From positions 32,001 through 96,000 of the forward strand of contig JAWLHJ010000007.1 of the NCBI GenBank assembly GCA_041690395.1: a DNA stretch of 64,000 nt, written 5' to 3'. The notes beneath the pieces were generated by a model, which ran no database searches, had not been told where the DNA came from, and saw only the letters and a list, made by a program, of their open reading frames with translations. The position numbers were made by a program, and so were the translations under genes. This stretch comes from Longimicrobiales bacterium (lineage in GTDB: Bacteria > Gemmatimonadota > Gemmatimonadetes > Longimicrobiales > Gaopeijiaceae). Each line of letters starts with the position of its first letter. Positions within the stretch are counted from its first letter, which is position 1. This document shows positions 27,254 to 38,447 of the stretch, piece by piece.

Positions 27254-27672
27254 GTCCCCGCTCGCTCGGCCTTTGGCGGTCCCGGAGCGGTCAGGCACTC
27301 ACCGAGTTCGCACTCGTCGTTCCGGTACTCCTGCTGATGATCCTGGGGCTCGCGGAGTTCTCACGCGCCTGGAGCACCAAGCAGGTCCTTACCGACGCCG
27401 CCCGTGAGGCACTCCGGAGCTCGGTCGTGGCCAACCCCGACTTCACCTACGAGGCGATGCGGTCCCTCGTCGACCAGGCGCTCGTCCGCGCCGCGCTCGA
27501 TCCGTCCAAAGCCGACGTCGCGGTGGACGGTTGGAAGGCCGGCACCGGCACGCCGGCCCGCATCCGCATCGACTACCTGTACGAGTTCGGCTTCCTCGGT
27601 CCCGTCGTGGGATGGGCCACCGGCGGCCGGAGTCTCGCCCTCACCACCTCCTTCGTCATGCGCAACGAGTGA
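27250..27672 (+). CDS. tadE: TadE-like minor pilin
   Basis: RSG|QALTEFALVVPVLLL..AAREALR. Confidence 0.85.
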   Translation: MSPRSLGLWRSRSGQALTEFALVVPVLLLMILGLAEFSRAWSTKQVLTDAAREALRSSVVANPDFTYEAMRSLVDQALVRAALDPSKADVAVDGWKAGTGTPARIRIDYLYEFGFLGPVVGWATGGRSLALTTSFVMRNE

Positions 27673-27685
27673 TCGGAAGACCCCT

Positions 27686-28528
27686 ATGAACACCTCAAGA
27701 ACATGGTGGATGCTCTTCGGGGCGGCCGTCTCCGGGCTTCTGGCCGGGTACGTCGCGCTGGTCTACGTGAGTGAGGAGCCGACGCCCCTGCAGGCGGCGA
27801 CCCCTTCGCGGACCATCGTGGTTGCTGCCCGGGATCTTCCCGCCGGGACCATCGTCAGCCGGGAGGACGTGGAGGCGGTGGCCTGGCCCGGCTCGGCGGT
27901 GCCCGAGGGGATCGCCCAGCAGGCCGGCGACGTCGTCGGCCGAGGGTTGATCGTGGAGGTTCGCAAGAGCGAGCCGATGCTGGCCTGGAAGATGGCGGAC
28001 CGGGAGGCCGGAGGCGGGCTCCCGATCACGATTCCCGAGGGGATGCGGGCCGTTTCCGTCGAGGTCGACGAAGTGGTGGGCGTTGCCGGCTTCGTTCTCC
28101 CCGGGACCCGGGTCGACGTCCTCGCGACGGTCATGCCCGGCACGGACCGGACCCAGACGACGACCCGGATCATCCTGCAGAACGTGCGCGCGCTCGCCGC
28201 GGATCAGCGCTATCAGCAGGACATCCAGGGCGAGCCGCAGTACGTGACGGTGGTGACGCTCCTGGTCACCCCCGAGCAGGCGGAGGCCCTCACGCTGGCC
28301 GCCACGGAGGGCCGCATCCAACTGGCCCTACGCAACACGCTGGACGCCGACGAGGTCGAGACCTCGGGACGGAGGATCATCTCGCTCCTGACCGTTGGGG
28401 GGCCGAGCGCGCCCCGCGCCACCTCGACACCCCGGCCGGTCACGCCGGTCGACCCGGAGCGTGTGATCGAGAGCTACGAAGGTGGTCAGAGAACCCTGCT
28501 GCGATTCGGAACCGGAGGCGGTCGATGA
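27686..28528 (+). CDS. cpaB: Flp pilus assembly protein CpaB/RcpC
   Basis: SAF domain VVAARDLPAG; GMRAVSV, GFVLPGTRVDV, LQNVRALA, LALRN. Confidence 0.92.
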   Translation: MNTSRTWWMLFGAAVSGLLAGYVALVYVSEEPTPLQAATPSRTIVVAARDLPAGTIVSREDVEAVAWPGSAVPEGIAQQAGDVVGRGLIVEVRKSEPMLAWKMADREAGGGLPITIPEGMRAVSVEVDEVVGVAGFVLPGTRVDVLATVMPGTDRTQTTTRIILQNVRALAADQRYQQDIQGEPQYVTVVTLLVTPEQAEALTLAATEGRIQLALRNTLDADEVETSGRRIISLLTVGGPSAPRATSTPRPVTPVDPERVIESYEGGQRTLLRFGTGGGR

Positions 28529-29811
28529 AGGGCTCGTGGAAGGTGGCGATTCTGGTGGTGGCGACGGTCCTGAGCACGGCCCGTCCGGCCTCGGCGCAGC
28601 GGTTCATCACCGAGCCGGAGGGCTCCGTGAGCCTGGCCAGGGGAACGTCGGCGGTGCTCGTGAGTCCGGTCCAGTTCAACCGGATCTCCATGGCGGACCC
28701 GGAGGTCGCCGAAGCGGTGGTGATGTCGCCGACCGAGGTCCTCATCAACGGCCGCAACCTCGGGAGCACGACGTTCGTGGTCTGGGACGAGGCGGGAGTT
28801 CGGAGGATCTACGGCGTGGAAGTCACGGCCGACGCAGGCGCCCTCGGACGGTCCTTCGCCACGCTCTTCCCGAACGAGACGATCGATGTCCAGGCCCGGG
28901 GCAACACCCTGATCCTCTCGGGGCCCGTCAGCTCGGCCTTCGTGGCCCGGCGCGCGCTCGAGCTGGCCGAAGGTACGGGGGCCGTCCTGATCAACAACCT
29001 GCAGACCCCCGCGCCGAGCCAGATCCTGTTGCACGTGCAGTTCGCGGAGGTCAGCCGGACCGCGCTGGCCGGTATGGGTAACCAGGTCGTCGACGTCCTC
29101 AACCCGCACGAGATCCACGAGAGCGGCGACTGGCGGGGGCAGACCGACTCGGATGGTGCCATCGAGCTCTCGCTCATCAACAGCAACGCACACCTGCGGA
29201 CCATCCTGAACGCGTTCCGGGAGAGCGGAGACTTCAGGAGCCTGGCGGAGCCGACGCTGCTCGCGCTCGACGGCGAGACGGCGTCGTTCCTGGCGGGCGG
29301 TGAGTTCCCCTTCCCGACGGTGCAGGGCGCCCAGAACAGCAACGCGGTGAGCATCGAGTGGCGGGAGTTCGGGGTGCGCCTCGACTTCACGCCCTCGGTC
29401 ACGAACATCGGAAACATCCGGCTCGACATCGCGCCGGAGGTGTCGTCGCTCGACTTCGCCAGTGGGCTCACGATCTCCGGCTTCCAGATGCCGACGATCC
29501 TGTCGCGGCGCACGGAGACGCAGGTCGAGCTCCGCGAGGGACAGCACCTGGTGATCGCGGGGCTGCTCGACCGGTCCATCCAGGAGAGCATCCGGAAGAT
29601 CCCGCTCCTCGGTGACATCCCGATCCTCGGTTCGCTGTTCCGGTCGTCCGACGACCGCCAGCAGGTGACCGAGCTCCTGGTGATCGTCTCGCCGCGGATC
29701 GTGGAGCCGGTGGACACGCGTCCCGACCTGCCGACCGGAGCTCCGGAGGACTGGGATTGGGATGACCGGCTCGCACCCGCCGACACGACGCGGACCGGGC
29801 CCGGGCGCTGA
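28525..29811 (+). CDS. cpaC: Tad secretin CpaC/RcpA
   Basis: LAEPTLLA..GETASFLAGGEFP, EVSSLDF, KIPLLGDIPILGSLF, ELLVIVSP. Confidence 0.93.
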   Translation: MKGSWKVAILVVATVLSTARPASAQRFITEPEGSVSLARGTSAVLVSPVQFNRISMADPEVAEAVVMSPTEVLINGRNLGSTTFVVWDEAGVRRIYGVEVTADAGALGRSFATLFPNETIDVQARGNTLILSGPVSSAFVARRALELAEGTGAVLINNLQTPAPSQILLHVQFAEVSRTALAGMGNQVVDVLNPHEIHESGDWRGQTDSDGAIELSLINSNAHLRTILNAFRESGDFRSLAEPTLLALDGETASFLAGGEFPFPTVQGAQNSNAVSIEWREFGVRLDFTPSVTNIGNIRLDIAPEVSSLDFASGLTISGFQMPTILSRRTETQVELREGQHLVIAGLLDRSIQESIRKIPLLGDIPILGSLFRSSDDRQQVTELLVIVSPRIVEPVDTRPDLPTGAPEDWDWDDRLAPADTTRTGPGR

Positions 29812-29841
29812 GCGCGGACTCAGGAAACGGAGAGCAAGATC

Positions 29842-31350
29842 ATGAGCGATTCGATGCGGAACGAGCGGAAGACCCTGTGGCGCCGGTGGCGGTCGGACCA
29901 GCGCGGCTCGGTATCGGTCATCGTGGCGCTCTCGATGTCCGCGCTGCTGGCTCTGCTGGCGCTCGGGATCGATCTGGGTGCTCTGTTCGACGCCCGCTCC
30001 GAGGCGCAACGCGCGGCCGACGCTGCCGCGCTCGCGGGAGCCAGTGCGTTTCTCGACTTCCAGCAGGCCCAGGCGCAGCAGGCCGCCGTGATCCGCGCCA
30101 CGGAGTTCGCGACGGGAAACGCGATCCGGAGTGAGCCGATCGCCCCGGAGGACGTGAGCGTCGCGGTCGATGTCGACGCCTCGACGGTCCGGGCCCGGGT
30201 GCAGCGAACCGGTGTGCCCACCTGGTTCGCGCGGCTCGTCGGAATCGACTCGGTCGACATCGGGGCCGAGGCCACCGCCTGGGCCGGGAGCGCCGGGGCC
30301 GCGCAGTGCGTGAAGCCGTTCGCGGTGCCCGACATGTGGGAGGAGCGCTCCGACGATGTGAACGGGAACCGCATCTGGGACGAGGGCGAGCGTTGGAGCT
30401 ACGACCCCGGGAGCGGCGACCGGTACGCGGGCTACAGCGGGGGCGGGAGTGGCGTCGATGAGACCGGCTACGGGAGCGGGTGGCGCGACGGGCGCGTGGA
30501 CGCCGATGGACAGCGGTTCGACGGCGACTACGGACGGCGCATCACCATCAAGGTCACGAACCCGCGCGACACGTTCGTCCCGTCGTTCTTCCTGCCCTGG
30601 GTGCTCCCCGGCGACGACGGGCAGGCGGAGTGCGGGTCCGGCCTGCCCGGCGGTGGCGGGAACGGCGGCGGTGGCAATGGAAACGGCGGTGGGAATGGGA
30701 ACGGTGGCGGTGGGAATGGCGGCGACCCTGACGGGGGCGACGGGGCGGCGGATCCGCCCGGCGAAGGAAATGGAGGTGCCCTCGGCTGGTTGAAGTGGTG
30801 GGAGAAGCGTGAAGACCTCGGCGTCCCGAGTGGTGGGGGAGGCGGGAACGGTGGTGGGGCCGGCGGCTCGGGCGGCGGCGGCGTCTCGGGCGGCACCGGT
30901 GGTGGTGTGCGTCGCGTGGACGGACCGCGCGGTGCGGCTGCTTATCGGCGAAACATCTGCTCCTGCAACCGCTCCATCATCGATCTCGACAGCGAATACC
31001 TCATCGAGCCGGGCAACATGGTCGGGCCCACGCATCAGGGCGTCAGTGCCCTGATCGCTATGGACCCGGACGCCTACTGGGACGACCGCACCGGCACCGT
31101 CGTGAGCGAGTACGGCATGGACAGCCCTCGCGTGGTCACGGTCGGCCTCTTCAATCCGGCCGAGATCAAGAAGCCCGGCCGCCAGTACATCCGCTTCAAC
31201 AACTTCGCCCGGGTCTTCATCGAGGAGCAGGCATCTCGCCAGGACCCGGTCACGGGCCGTTTCCTCTACTACGTGCGCGGAGCGGGGCTGGCCGGCCGGG
31301 CGGGTGAGACGACCGGCTCTCTCGTACGCGTGCTGCAACTCATCAAGTGA
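29842..31350 (+). CDS. TadG-like minor pilin/adhesin with a Gly-rich insertion
   Basis: QRG|SVSVIVAL..IDLG..AQRAADAAALAGA; Gly/Asn-rich insert; C-terminal LVRVLQLIK. Confidence 0.8.
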   Translation: MSDSMRNERKTLWRRWRSDQRGSVSVIVALSMSALLALLALGIDLGALFDARSEAQRAADAAALAGASAFLDFQQAQAQQAAVIRATEFATGNAIRSEPIAPEDVSVAVDVDASTVRARVQRTGVPTWFARLVGIDSVDIGAEATAWAGSAGAAQCVKPFAVPDMWEERSDDVNGNRIWDEGERWSYDPGSGDRYAGYSGGGSGVDETGYGSGWRDGRVDADGQRFDGDYGRRITIKVTNPRDTFVPSFFLPWVLPGDDGQAECGSGLPGGGGNGGGGNGNGGGNGNGGGGNGGDPDGGDGAADPPGEGNGGALGWLKWWEKREDLGVPSGGGGGNGGGAGGSGGGGVSGGTGGGVRRVDGPRGAAAYRRNICSCNRSIIDLDSEYLIEPGNMVGPTHQGVSALIAMDPDAYWDDRTGTVVSEYGMDSPRVVTVGLFNPAEIKKPGRQYIRFNNFARVFIEEQASRQDPVTGRFLYYVRGAGLAGRAGETTGSLVRVLQLIK

Positions 31351-32667
31351 GCGACGACATGAACGGCTTCGAACACGACGGATCGCGGCAGCACGGTGCG
31401 CCCCAGCAGCTCGGGGCCGTGCTGGTGTCATCCGACGAGCGGATCCGGGACACCGTGTTCCGATGCATCCAGGACCTCGGGCTGCCCCTTCAGGTGGGCC
31501 TCGAGATCACGGCACCCGAGCGACCGCTTCATCCGGAGCACGTCGAGCGGCTGCGCGCGAGCAACCCGCACGTCGTGCTGCTCGACATGGCCAGGGACCC
31601 CGAAGGCTCGATACGGGCGGCCGCGGCCATCGCCGCCGGTACCCCTCGTGCCGCCATCGTGGGGGTCGGACCGGAGCTCGAGTCGTCTCGGTTGCTCGAC
31701 GCCATGCGTGCAGGCCTGGTGGAGTATCTGCCGCAGCCCGTGGACGCGGCACAGATGGCGGATGCGCTATCGAGGGTCATGAGGAAGCGTGGTTGGGGCG
31801 ACGTGGCCGACGGCCATCGCCTCGGGAAGCTACTCGCCTTCTTCTCTCCCAAGGGTGGATCGGGATCGACGTCCGTGGTCACCAACGTCGGGATCGAGCT
31901 CCACCGCATGACCGGCCGCAAGACGCTCCTGGTGGATCTGGACCTCGAGCTCGGCGAGATCGCGTCGCTCCTCGGCGTGCGGCCGCGGTTCCACTTCGTG
32001 GATCTCGTCCGGAACTTCCACCGGATGGACGCGGACCTGCTGGCCTCCTACATCGAGAGCCACGAGTCCGGCGTCCAGGTGCTGTCGGCCCCGTTCGAGC
32101 CCGAGATGGCCGAGGCGGTGACCGGTGAGCAGATCGGGCGGATTCTGGCGTTCCTCCGCAACCACTACGACTACGTCCTGGTCGATACCTCGAAGTCGCT
32201 CGCGCCTCCCGCGCTCGCGGCCTTGCAGGCGGCCGACCCCATCGTCCTCGTGACGAACATGGACGTCCCGTCGCTCCGGAACATGAAGCGTTGCCTGCCG
32301 ATCCTCGACAAGGTGACCGGCGGCGACGCCGAGCGACTTCGCCTCGTCGTGAACCGGTACAACCCGAAGAGCCTGGTTCGCCTCGAGGATCTCGAGGAGA
32401 CACTGGGCCTCGAGGTCTTCCACACGCTCACGAACGACTACGAGACCGTCATCCAGGCGAGCAGCACCGGTCGTCCGCTCGTGCTCGAGGGCGGCTCGCG
32501 GTATGCGGAGGAGCTGGGTGCGCTCGCGCGCAGCATCGCCTACGGACCCGGCGGGGGGACGGCGACCAAGCCGTCCCTGGTGAAGCGCCTGTTCGGTGGG
32601 CTCCGGTCCTCGTCCGGAACGCGGACCTCCGTGCCGCTGGGCGCGGCGCCGGTGGAGGCATCGAACC

Positions 32668-32675
<8 letters not shown>
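31347..32675 (+). CDS. cpaE: CpaE/TadZ (receiver-like domain + MinD/ParA-like ATPase)
   Basis: Degenerate receiver; [27 protein letters not shown]. Confidence 0.88.
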
Positions 32676-34080
<1,405 letters not shown>

Positions 34081-34092
34081 GGAGGGTCGACG

Positions 34093-35070
34093 ATGCCACG
34101 CCCCGAACCCTGGATGCTCGCCCTCCTGGCCGCTCTCAGCGCCGCGCTTGCCGTGTTCGTGCTGTTTCAGGCCTTCATGGTGCTCCGCGAGTGGCGGATA
34201 CGACGCGACGCGCTGGCGTCCCTGGGCCGGGCCGACCGTCCACGGAGCGACACGCAGTCGACCACCTCCGTCGTTCGGCAGGGCGACGTGGAAGACGACG
34301 TGCTCGTCGCTCTGGGTGACCGTGTTCCGCAGCTGTGGGACCTGCACCACGCGTTGAGTCAGTCCGGTCTGGGCTGGACGCTCGGCGGGTTCGCGACCCG
34401 GACTCTGGTCGCCGCGGCCGCAGGAGGGTTGGTGGGCTTCGTCCTGTCGGGTCCCATGCTGGCGCTCGCGGTGGCCCTGTTCGGCGGCATGGCTCCCTAT
34501 ATGCTCGTCCGCTGGAAGCGGACCCGGCGGATTCTTTCGCTCGAGAGCCAGCTCCCCGACGCGATCGACCTGCTCGCACGTGCCGTGCGCGCGGGACACC
34601 CGCTCTCCGAAGGTCTGCGCATGGCCGCGGAGGAGGCCCAGGACCCGCTGGCGTCCGAGTTCCGGATCACCTTCGACGAGCAGAAGTTCGGCCTCCCGTT
34701 CGAAGAGGCGCTGCTCGGCCTCGGCGACCGGGTGGAGATCGTGGACATGCGGATCCTCATCACGGCGATCCTCGTCCAGCGTGAGGTCGGGGGAAATCTC
34801 TCCGAGATCCTCGACCAGATCGCGGAGACCATGCGGGCGCGATTCACGCTCAAGCGACAGGTCCGCGTCTATACCGCACAGGGGCGGATGAGCGGCTACA
34901 CACTGGCGGCGCTACCGGTCGTGGTCGGCTTCGTCATCACGCTCATCAACCCGAGCTACATGACGACGCTGTTCCAGGAGCCCCTGGGTCAGGCCCTGCT
35001 CGGCGGCGCGGTCCTCCTCCAGGGGATCGGATTCCTCTGGATCCGTCGCATCGTCGACGTCCGGTACTGA
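34093..35070 (+). CDS. tadB: TadB platform protein
   Basis: QLPDAIDLLARAVRAGH, QREVGGNLSEIL, TAQGRMSG. Confidence 0.92.
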   Translation: MPRPEPWMLALLAALSAALAVFVLFQAFMVLREWRIRRDALASLGRADRPRSDTQSTTSVVRQGDVEDDVLVALGDRVPQLWDLHHALSQSGLGWTLGGFATRTLVAAAAGGLVGFVLSGPMLALAVALFGGMAPYMLVRWKRTRRILSLESQLPDAIDLLARAVRAGHPLSEGLRMAAEEAQDPLASEFRITFDEQKFGLPFEEALLGLGDRVEIVDMRILITAILVQREVGGNLSEILDQIAETMRARFTLKRQVRVYTAQGRMSGYTLAALPVVVGFVITLINPSYMTTLFQEPLGQALLGGAVLLQGIGFLWIRRIVDVRY

Positions 35071-35071
35071 G

Positions 35072-36010
35072 GTGCTGATCATGCCCTATCTGGTCGCGAT
35101 CCTGGCGGGCGCGTGCGTGACGCTCCTTCTCTACGGCCTCTACGAGCTGGCCGCGGCTCCCACGCGCGCGGTCACCCGGGAGATCGAGGAGATCCGGAGC
35201 TTCAATCCCAGTCCCTTCGGCGCGACGTCTCGTCGCCGCCGGCAGTCCCGGAAACAGCAGCTCGGCGACGTCATCCGGAAGCTCGGGGCGCACGTGGAGC
35301 GTGGCGGCCTCGATCTCGAGGGGTGGGCCCGGCGCCTCGTGCAGGCCGGATACTGGAGCCCGGACGCCACTCGGATCTTTTTCGGGGCCCGGGTGGCCGT
35401 GGCCGCCAGTTTCGCCTTCGCCGGTCTCGGAACCGGCGTCATGCTCGACGCCCGGCTCTTCGCCATGCTCGTGCTGGCGGTCTGGCTGGGCGGATGCGGA
35501 TGGGTCCTCCCAGCGTGGTACGTGCTCCGGAAGCGGAACGCGCGGCGCACCGAGATCCACCGCACGCTCGCCGACGCCCTCGACCTCCTCGTGGCGTGCG
35601 TGGAAGCCGGCATGGGTCTGAACCAGGCGATGGTGCGGGTCGCCGACGAGATCCGGAACCTGAGCCAGGCGCTGGCCGAGGAGCTCTCCATGGTCAACCT
35701 GGAGATCCGGGCGGGCACGTCGCGCTCCGACGCGCTTCGAAACCTCGGCGCCCGAACGGGCATCGACGACGTCGAGGCCCTCGTTTCCACACTCATCCAG
35801 ACGGACCGTTTCGGCACCTCGGTCGGACGCGCGCTCCGCGTGCAAGCGGGTACGCTGCGGCAGAAGCGGCGTCAGCGCGCGGAGGAGGCCGCGGCAAAGA
35901 CCACGATCAAGCTGATCTTCCCGCTCGTGTTCTTCGTCTTTCCGGCGCTGTTCGTCGTGATTCTCGGGCCGGCCGTGATCCAGGTGATCCAGGCTCTGGG
36001 GGACATGTAA
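35072..36010 (+). CDS. tadC: TadC platform protein
   Basis: DALDLLVACVEAGMGL, Q.DRFGTSV, AEEAAAK..KLIFPL. Confidence 0.92.
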   Translation: MLIMPYLVAILAGACVTLLLYGLYELAAAPTRAVTREIEEIRSFNPSPFGATSRRRRQSRKQQLGDVIRKLGAHVERGGLDLEGWARRLVQAGYWSPDATRIFFGARVAVAASFAFAGLGTGVMLDARLFAMLVLAVWLGGCGWVLPAWYVLRKRNARRTEIHRTLADALDLLVACVEAGMGLNQAMVRVADEIRNLSQALAEELSMVNLEIRAGTSRSDALRNLGARTGIDDVEALVSTLIQTDRFGTSVGRALRVQAGTLRQKRRQRAEEAAAKTTIKLIFPLVFFVFPALFVVILGPAVIQVIQALGDM

Positions 36011-36360
36011 TGCGCGAGGTGAGCGTGATCCAGGCGAGCTCGGGCGTGCGCGTCGCGACCAGGGCCATGGTGGCCGATTCGTGGTGGGGTCGCCTGCGCG
36101 GTCTACTCAGACGACCCCCTCTCGAAGCGGGGCAGGGAATGCTGCTCATGCGTTGTGGATCGATCCACACGGTAGGCATGGCCCACCCGATCGACATCGC
36201 CTTCCTCGACGCCGACGGGCGGGTCGTGCGGCGCCTCGAGCGCCTCCGGCCGTGGCGCGTGGGCTTCGGAGGCCCGACGGCCGAGCATGCGCTCGAGCTG
36301 CCCGCCGGGCGCCTCGAGGAAACCGGAACCGCGCCGGGCGACCGGCTGAGCTGGAGCTGA
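36010..36360 (+). CDS. DUF192 family protein
   Basis: ADSWWGRLRGLL, GMLL..CGSIHT.GM..PIDIAFLD, LELPAG; TAATG overlap with tadC. Confidence 0.85.
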   Translation: MREVSVIQASSGVRVATRAMVADSWWGRLRGLLRRPPLEAGQGMLLMRCGSIHTVGMAHPIDIAFLDADGRVVRRLERLRPWRVGFGGPTAEHALELPAGRLEETGTAPGDRLSWS

Positions 36361-36362
36361 CC

Positions 36363-37808
36363 ATGGCACCGCTGGACTCGACCACGATGACGCGCCCCGC
36401 CTCGGAGAACGGGGCGGGACCGGATTCCGCTCCCGCGGCCCGGAGCTCGCTGGGCCGGGAGGGAACGGTGCCGCCGCCCCCTGAGACGCTGGCCGAAACG
36501 GGCCTCTCCGAGGCGTTCGTCTCGGGCCTGGTCCTGAAAGCGCTCTACGTCCGGGGTGAAGCGCTCGGGGTCGAGCTGTTCGACCAGCTCGCGCTCCCGA
36601 TGTCCGTGCTCGACGACGTCATCGAGCAGCTCCAGGAGTGGCGCCTCGTGGAGGTGCACGCGACCCGCGGGCCACGCCGCGGTGAGTGGATGTTCCGCTT
36701 GACGACCGCCGGGAGGAAGCGAGCCGCCGAGGAGCTCGAAGTGTCCCGCTACGTAGGACCCGCTCCGGTGCCGTTCGACGATTGGGTCCGTTGCGTGGAG
36801 GCGCAGGCGCCTGAGCGGGCCCGCTTCGACGAAGACGAGCTGCGGCGAGCGTTCGAAGGTGTCGTGCTTCCGGACGGCATCTTCGACCTCCTCGGGCCGG
36901 CCATCAACTCCGGGCGCTCCCTCTTCCTGCATGGCGGACCGGGGAACGGGAAGACCCTTCTGGCCGAGCGGATCGCCCGGTTGTTCGGGGACCGATACTA
37001 CGTGCCGTACGCCGTACTGGTGGACGGTAGCGTCATGATCGTCCACGACCCGGTGCTGCACGACGCGGAGCCCGCCGAGGTCCAGGCGGACGCGACCGGT
37101 AGCCGGGAGAAGGACGCCGCCGACCATGCGCGCCGGGAGATCCTCCGGCCGGTGTCGAAGCACGATCGGCGGTACGCCGAGGCCCGGAGACCGGTGGTGG
37201 TGACGGGCGGCGAGCTCACGCTCGAGCAGCTCGACCTCCAGTGGGACCCATCGGGTCGCATGTATCAGGCCCCTCCGCAGCTGAAGGCCGCAGGGGGGGT
37301 GCTCGTCGTGGACGATCTGGGCCGCCAGCGGGTGCCCGTGCGCGACCTGCTGAATCGTTGGGTCGTACCCCTCGAGCACAGGCGCGACTACCTGACGCTT
37401 CGGAGCGGACGGAAGATCGTCGTGCCGTTCGACTGCTTCGTGATCTTCTCGACCAACCTGGAGCCGGGATCCCTCGCCGACGAGGCGTTCCTCCGCCGGA
37501 TCCACTACAAGATCCACGTTCCGGACCCGGACCGCGAGGAATACACGAGCATCTTCCGGGCTTGCTGCGAAGAGCGCCACATCCCCTTCGACGAAGATGC
37601 CGTGGGCTTCCTCTACGCCCGCTTTTACGCCGACGGAACCGTAACGCCCAGGCGGTGCCATCCCCGGGACGTCCTGGAGCACCTGCGTCACCTCGCGGAC
37701 TACCGCGGCACGCAGACGCGACTCGACCCGGAGCTGCTCGATCAAGCGTGCCGGAGCTACTTCCTGCCGTCCGGCGCTGACGGCACTTCGACCCCGATAG
37801 GAGCCTGA
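36363..37808 (+). CDS. AAA+ ATPase with N-terminal winged-helix-like domain
   Basis: GGPGNGKT, LVVDDLGRQ, FSTNL, DEAFLRRI; N-terminal FRLTTAGR. Confidence 0.85.
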   Translation: MAPLDSTTMTRPASENGAGPDSAPAARSSLGREGTVPPPPETLAETGLSEAFVSGLVLKALYVRGEALGVELFDQLALPMSVLDDVIEQLQEWRLVEVHATRGPRRGEWMFRLTTAGRKRAAEELEVSRYVGPAPVPFDDWVRCVEAQAPERARFDEDELRRAFEGVVLPDGIFDLLGPAINSGRSLFLHGGPGNGKTLLAERIARLFGDRYYVPYAVLVDGSVMIVHDPVLHDAEPAEVQADATGSREKDAADHARREILRPVSKHDRRYAEARRPVVVTGGELTLEQLDLQWDPSGRMYQAPPQLKAAGGVLVVDDLGRQRVPVRDLLNRWVVPLEHRRDYLTLRSGRKIVVPFDCFVIFSTNLEPGSLADEAFLRRIHYKIHVPDPDREEYTSIFRACCEERHIPFDEDAVGFLYARFYADGTVTPRRCHPRDVLEHLRHLADYRGTQTRLDPELLDQACRSYFLPSGADGTSTPIGA

Positions 37809-37812
37809 TCCG

Positions 37813-38445
37813 ATGAACCATGGCATGTCTGACCCGGCCACCCTCGGGGGGGGCACTGCGGGAGCGGCCTCCGACTCGGACTACCGGATCCGGGAGTCGG
37901 AAGCGCGTCTCGAGCGGAGGATCGCGGGGCTGGAAGCACGGCTCGTCCGAGGGCGTTGGCTCGCCCGCCTGGGTGTCGTGAGCCTGGTCGTGAGCATCGC
38001 CGCCGCGGTGGTGGTGTTGCGCGCGCTCGCCCCCGGAGACGGGGTCTGGGCCGTCGACAGCGTCTCCACGCGCGAGGTGGTGCTGCGCGACACGGACGGG
38101 ATCGAGCGCGGCCGACTGGCGACCGACGACGACGGCCGGGCGCACCTGGCGCTGTCCGACCGCGAAGGGCGCGCGCGCATCCGGCTCACCGTCCTCGCGG
38201 ACGGCTCGCCGGGCGTCACGATCCACGACGGCGAGTCCCGTCCGCGCGCCGTGCTCGGGTACCTGCCCGACGGTACGGCCAACCTGGTCTTCGCCGACGC
38301 CGAGGGGGTCAGCCGGGCGGTGCTCGGCCTCGAGCCCGACGGCTCGACACAGGCGCTCTTCGCCGACCGCTTCGGCACACTCCGGACCCTGGTCGGCGTC
38401 GGCGCCGACGGGGCTCCGTCCGTCTCGACGTTCCCCACGCCGTGA
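37813..38445 (+). CDS. Hypothetical membrane-anchored protein with five 23-aa beta repeats
   Basis: Coiled coil, TM segment, then repeats of h.h.D..G..R..LG...DG. Confidence 0.7.
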   Translation: MNHGMSDPATLGGGTAGAASDSDYRIRESEARLERRIAGLEARLVRGRWLARLGVVSLVVSIAAAVVVLRALAPGDGVWAVDSVSTREVVLRDTDGIERGRLATDDDGRAHLALSDREGRARIRLTVLADGSPGVTIHDGESRPRAVLGYLPDGTANLVFADAEGVSRAVLGLEPDGSTQALFADRFGTLRTLVGVGADGAPSVSTFPTP

Positions 38446-38447
38446 GG

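Noticed and set aside
31845..31875. Degenerate Walker A (KGGSGST) in CpaE as a sign of pseudogenisation
   Set aside because: Loss of this Lys is a known normal feature of TadZ/CpaE proteins
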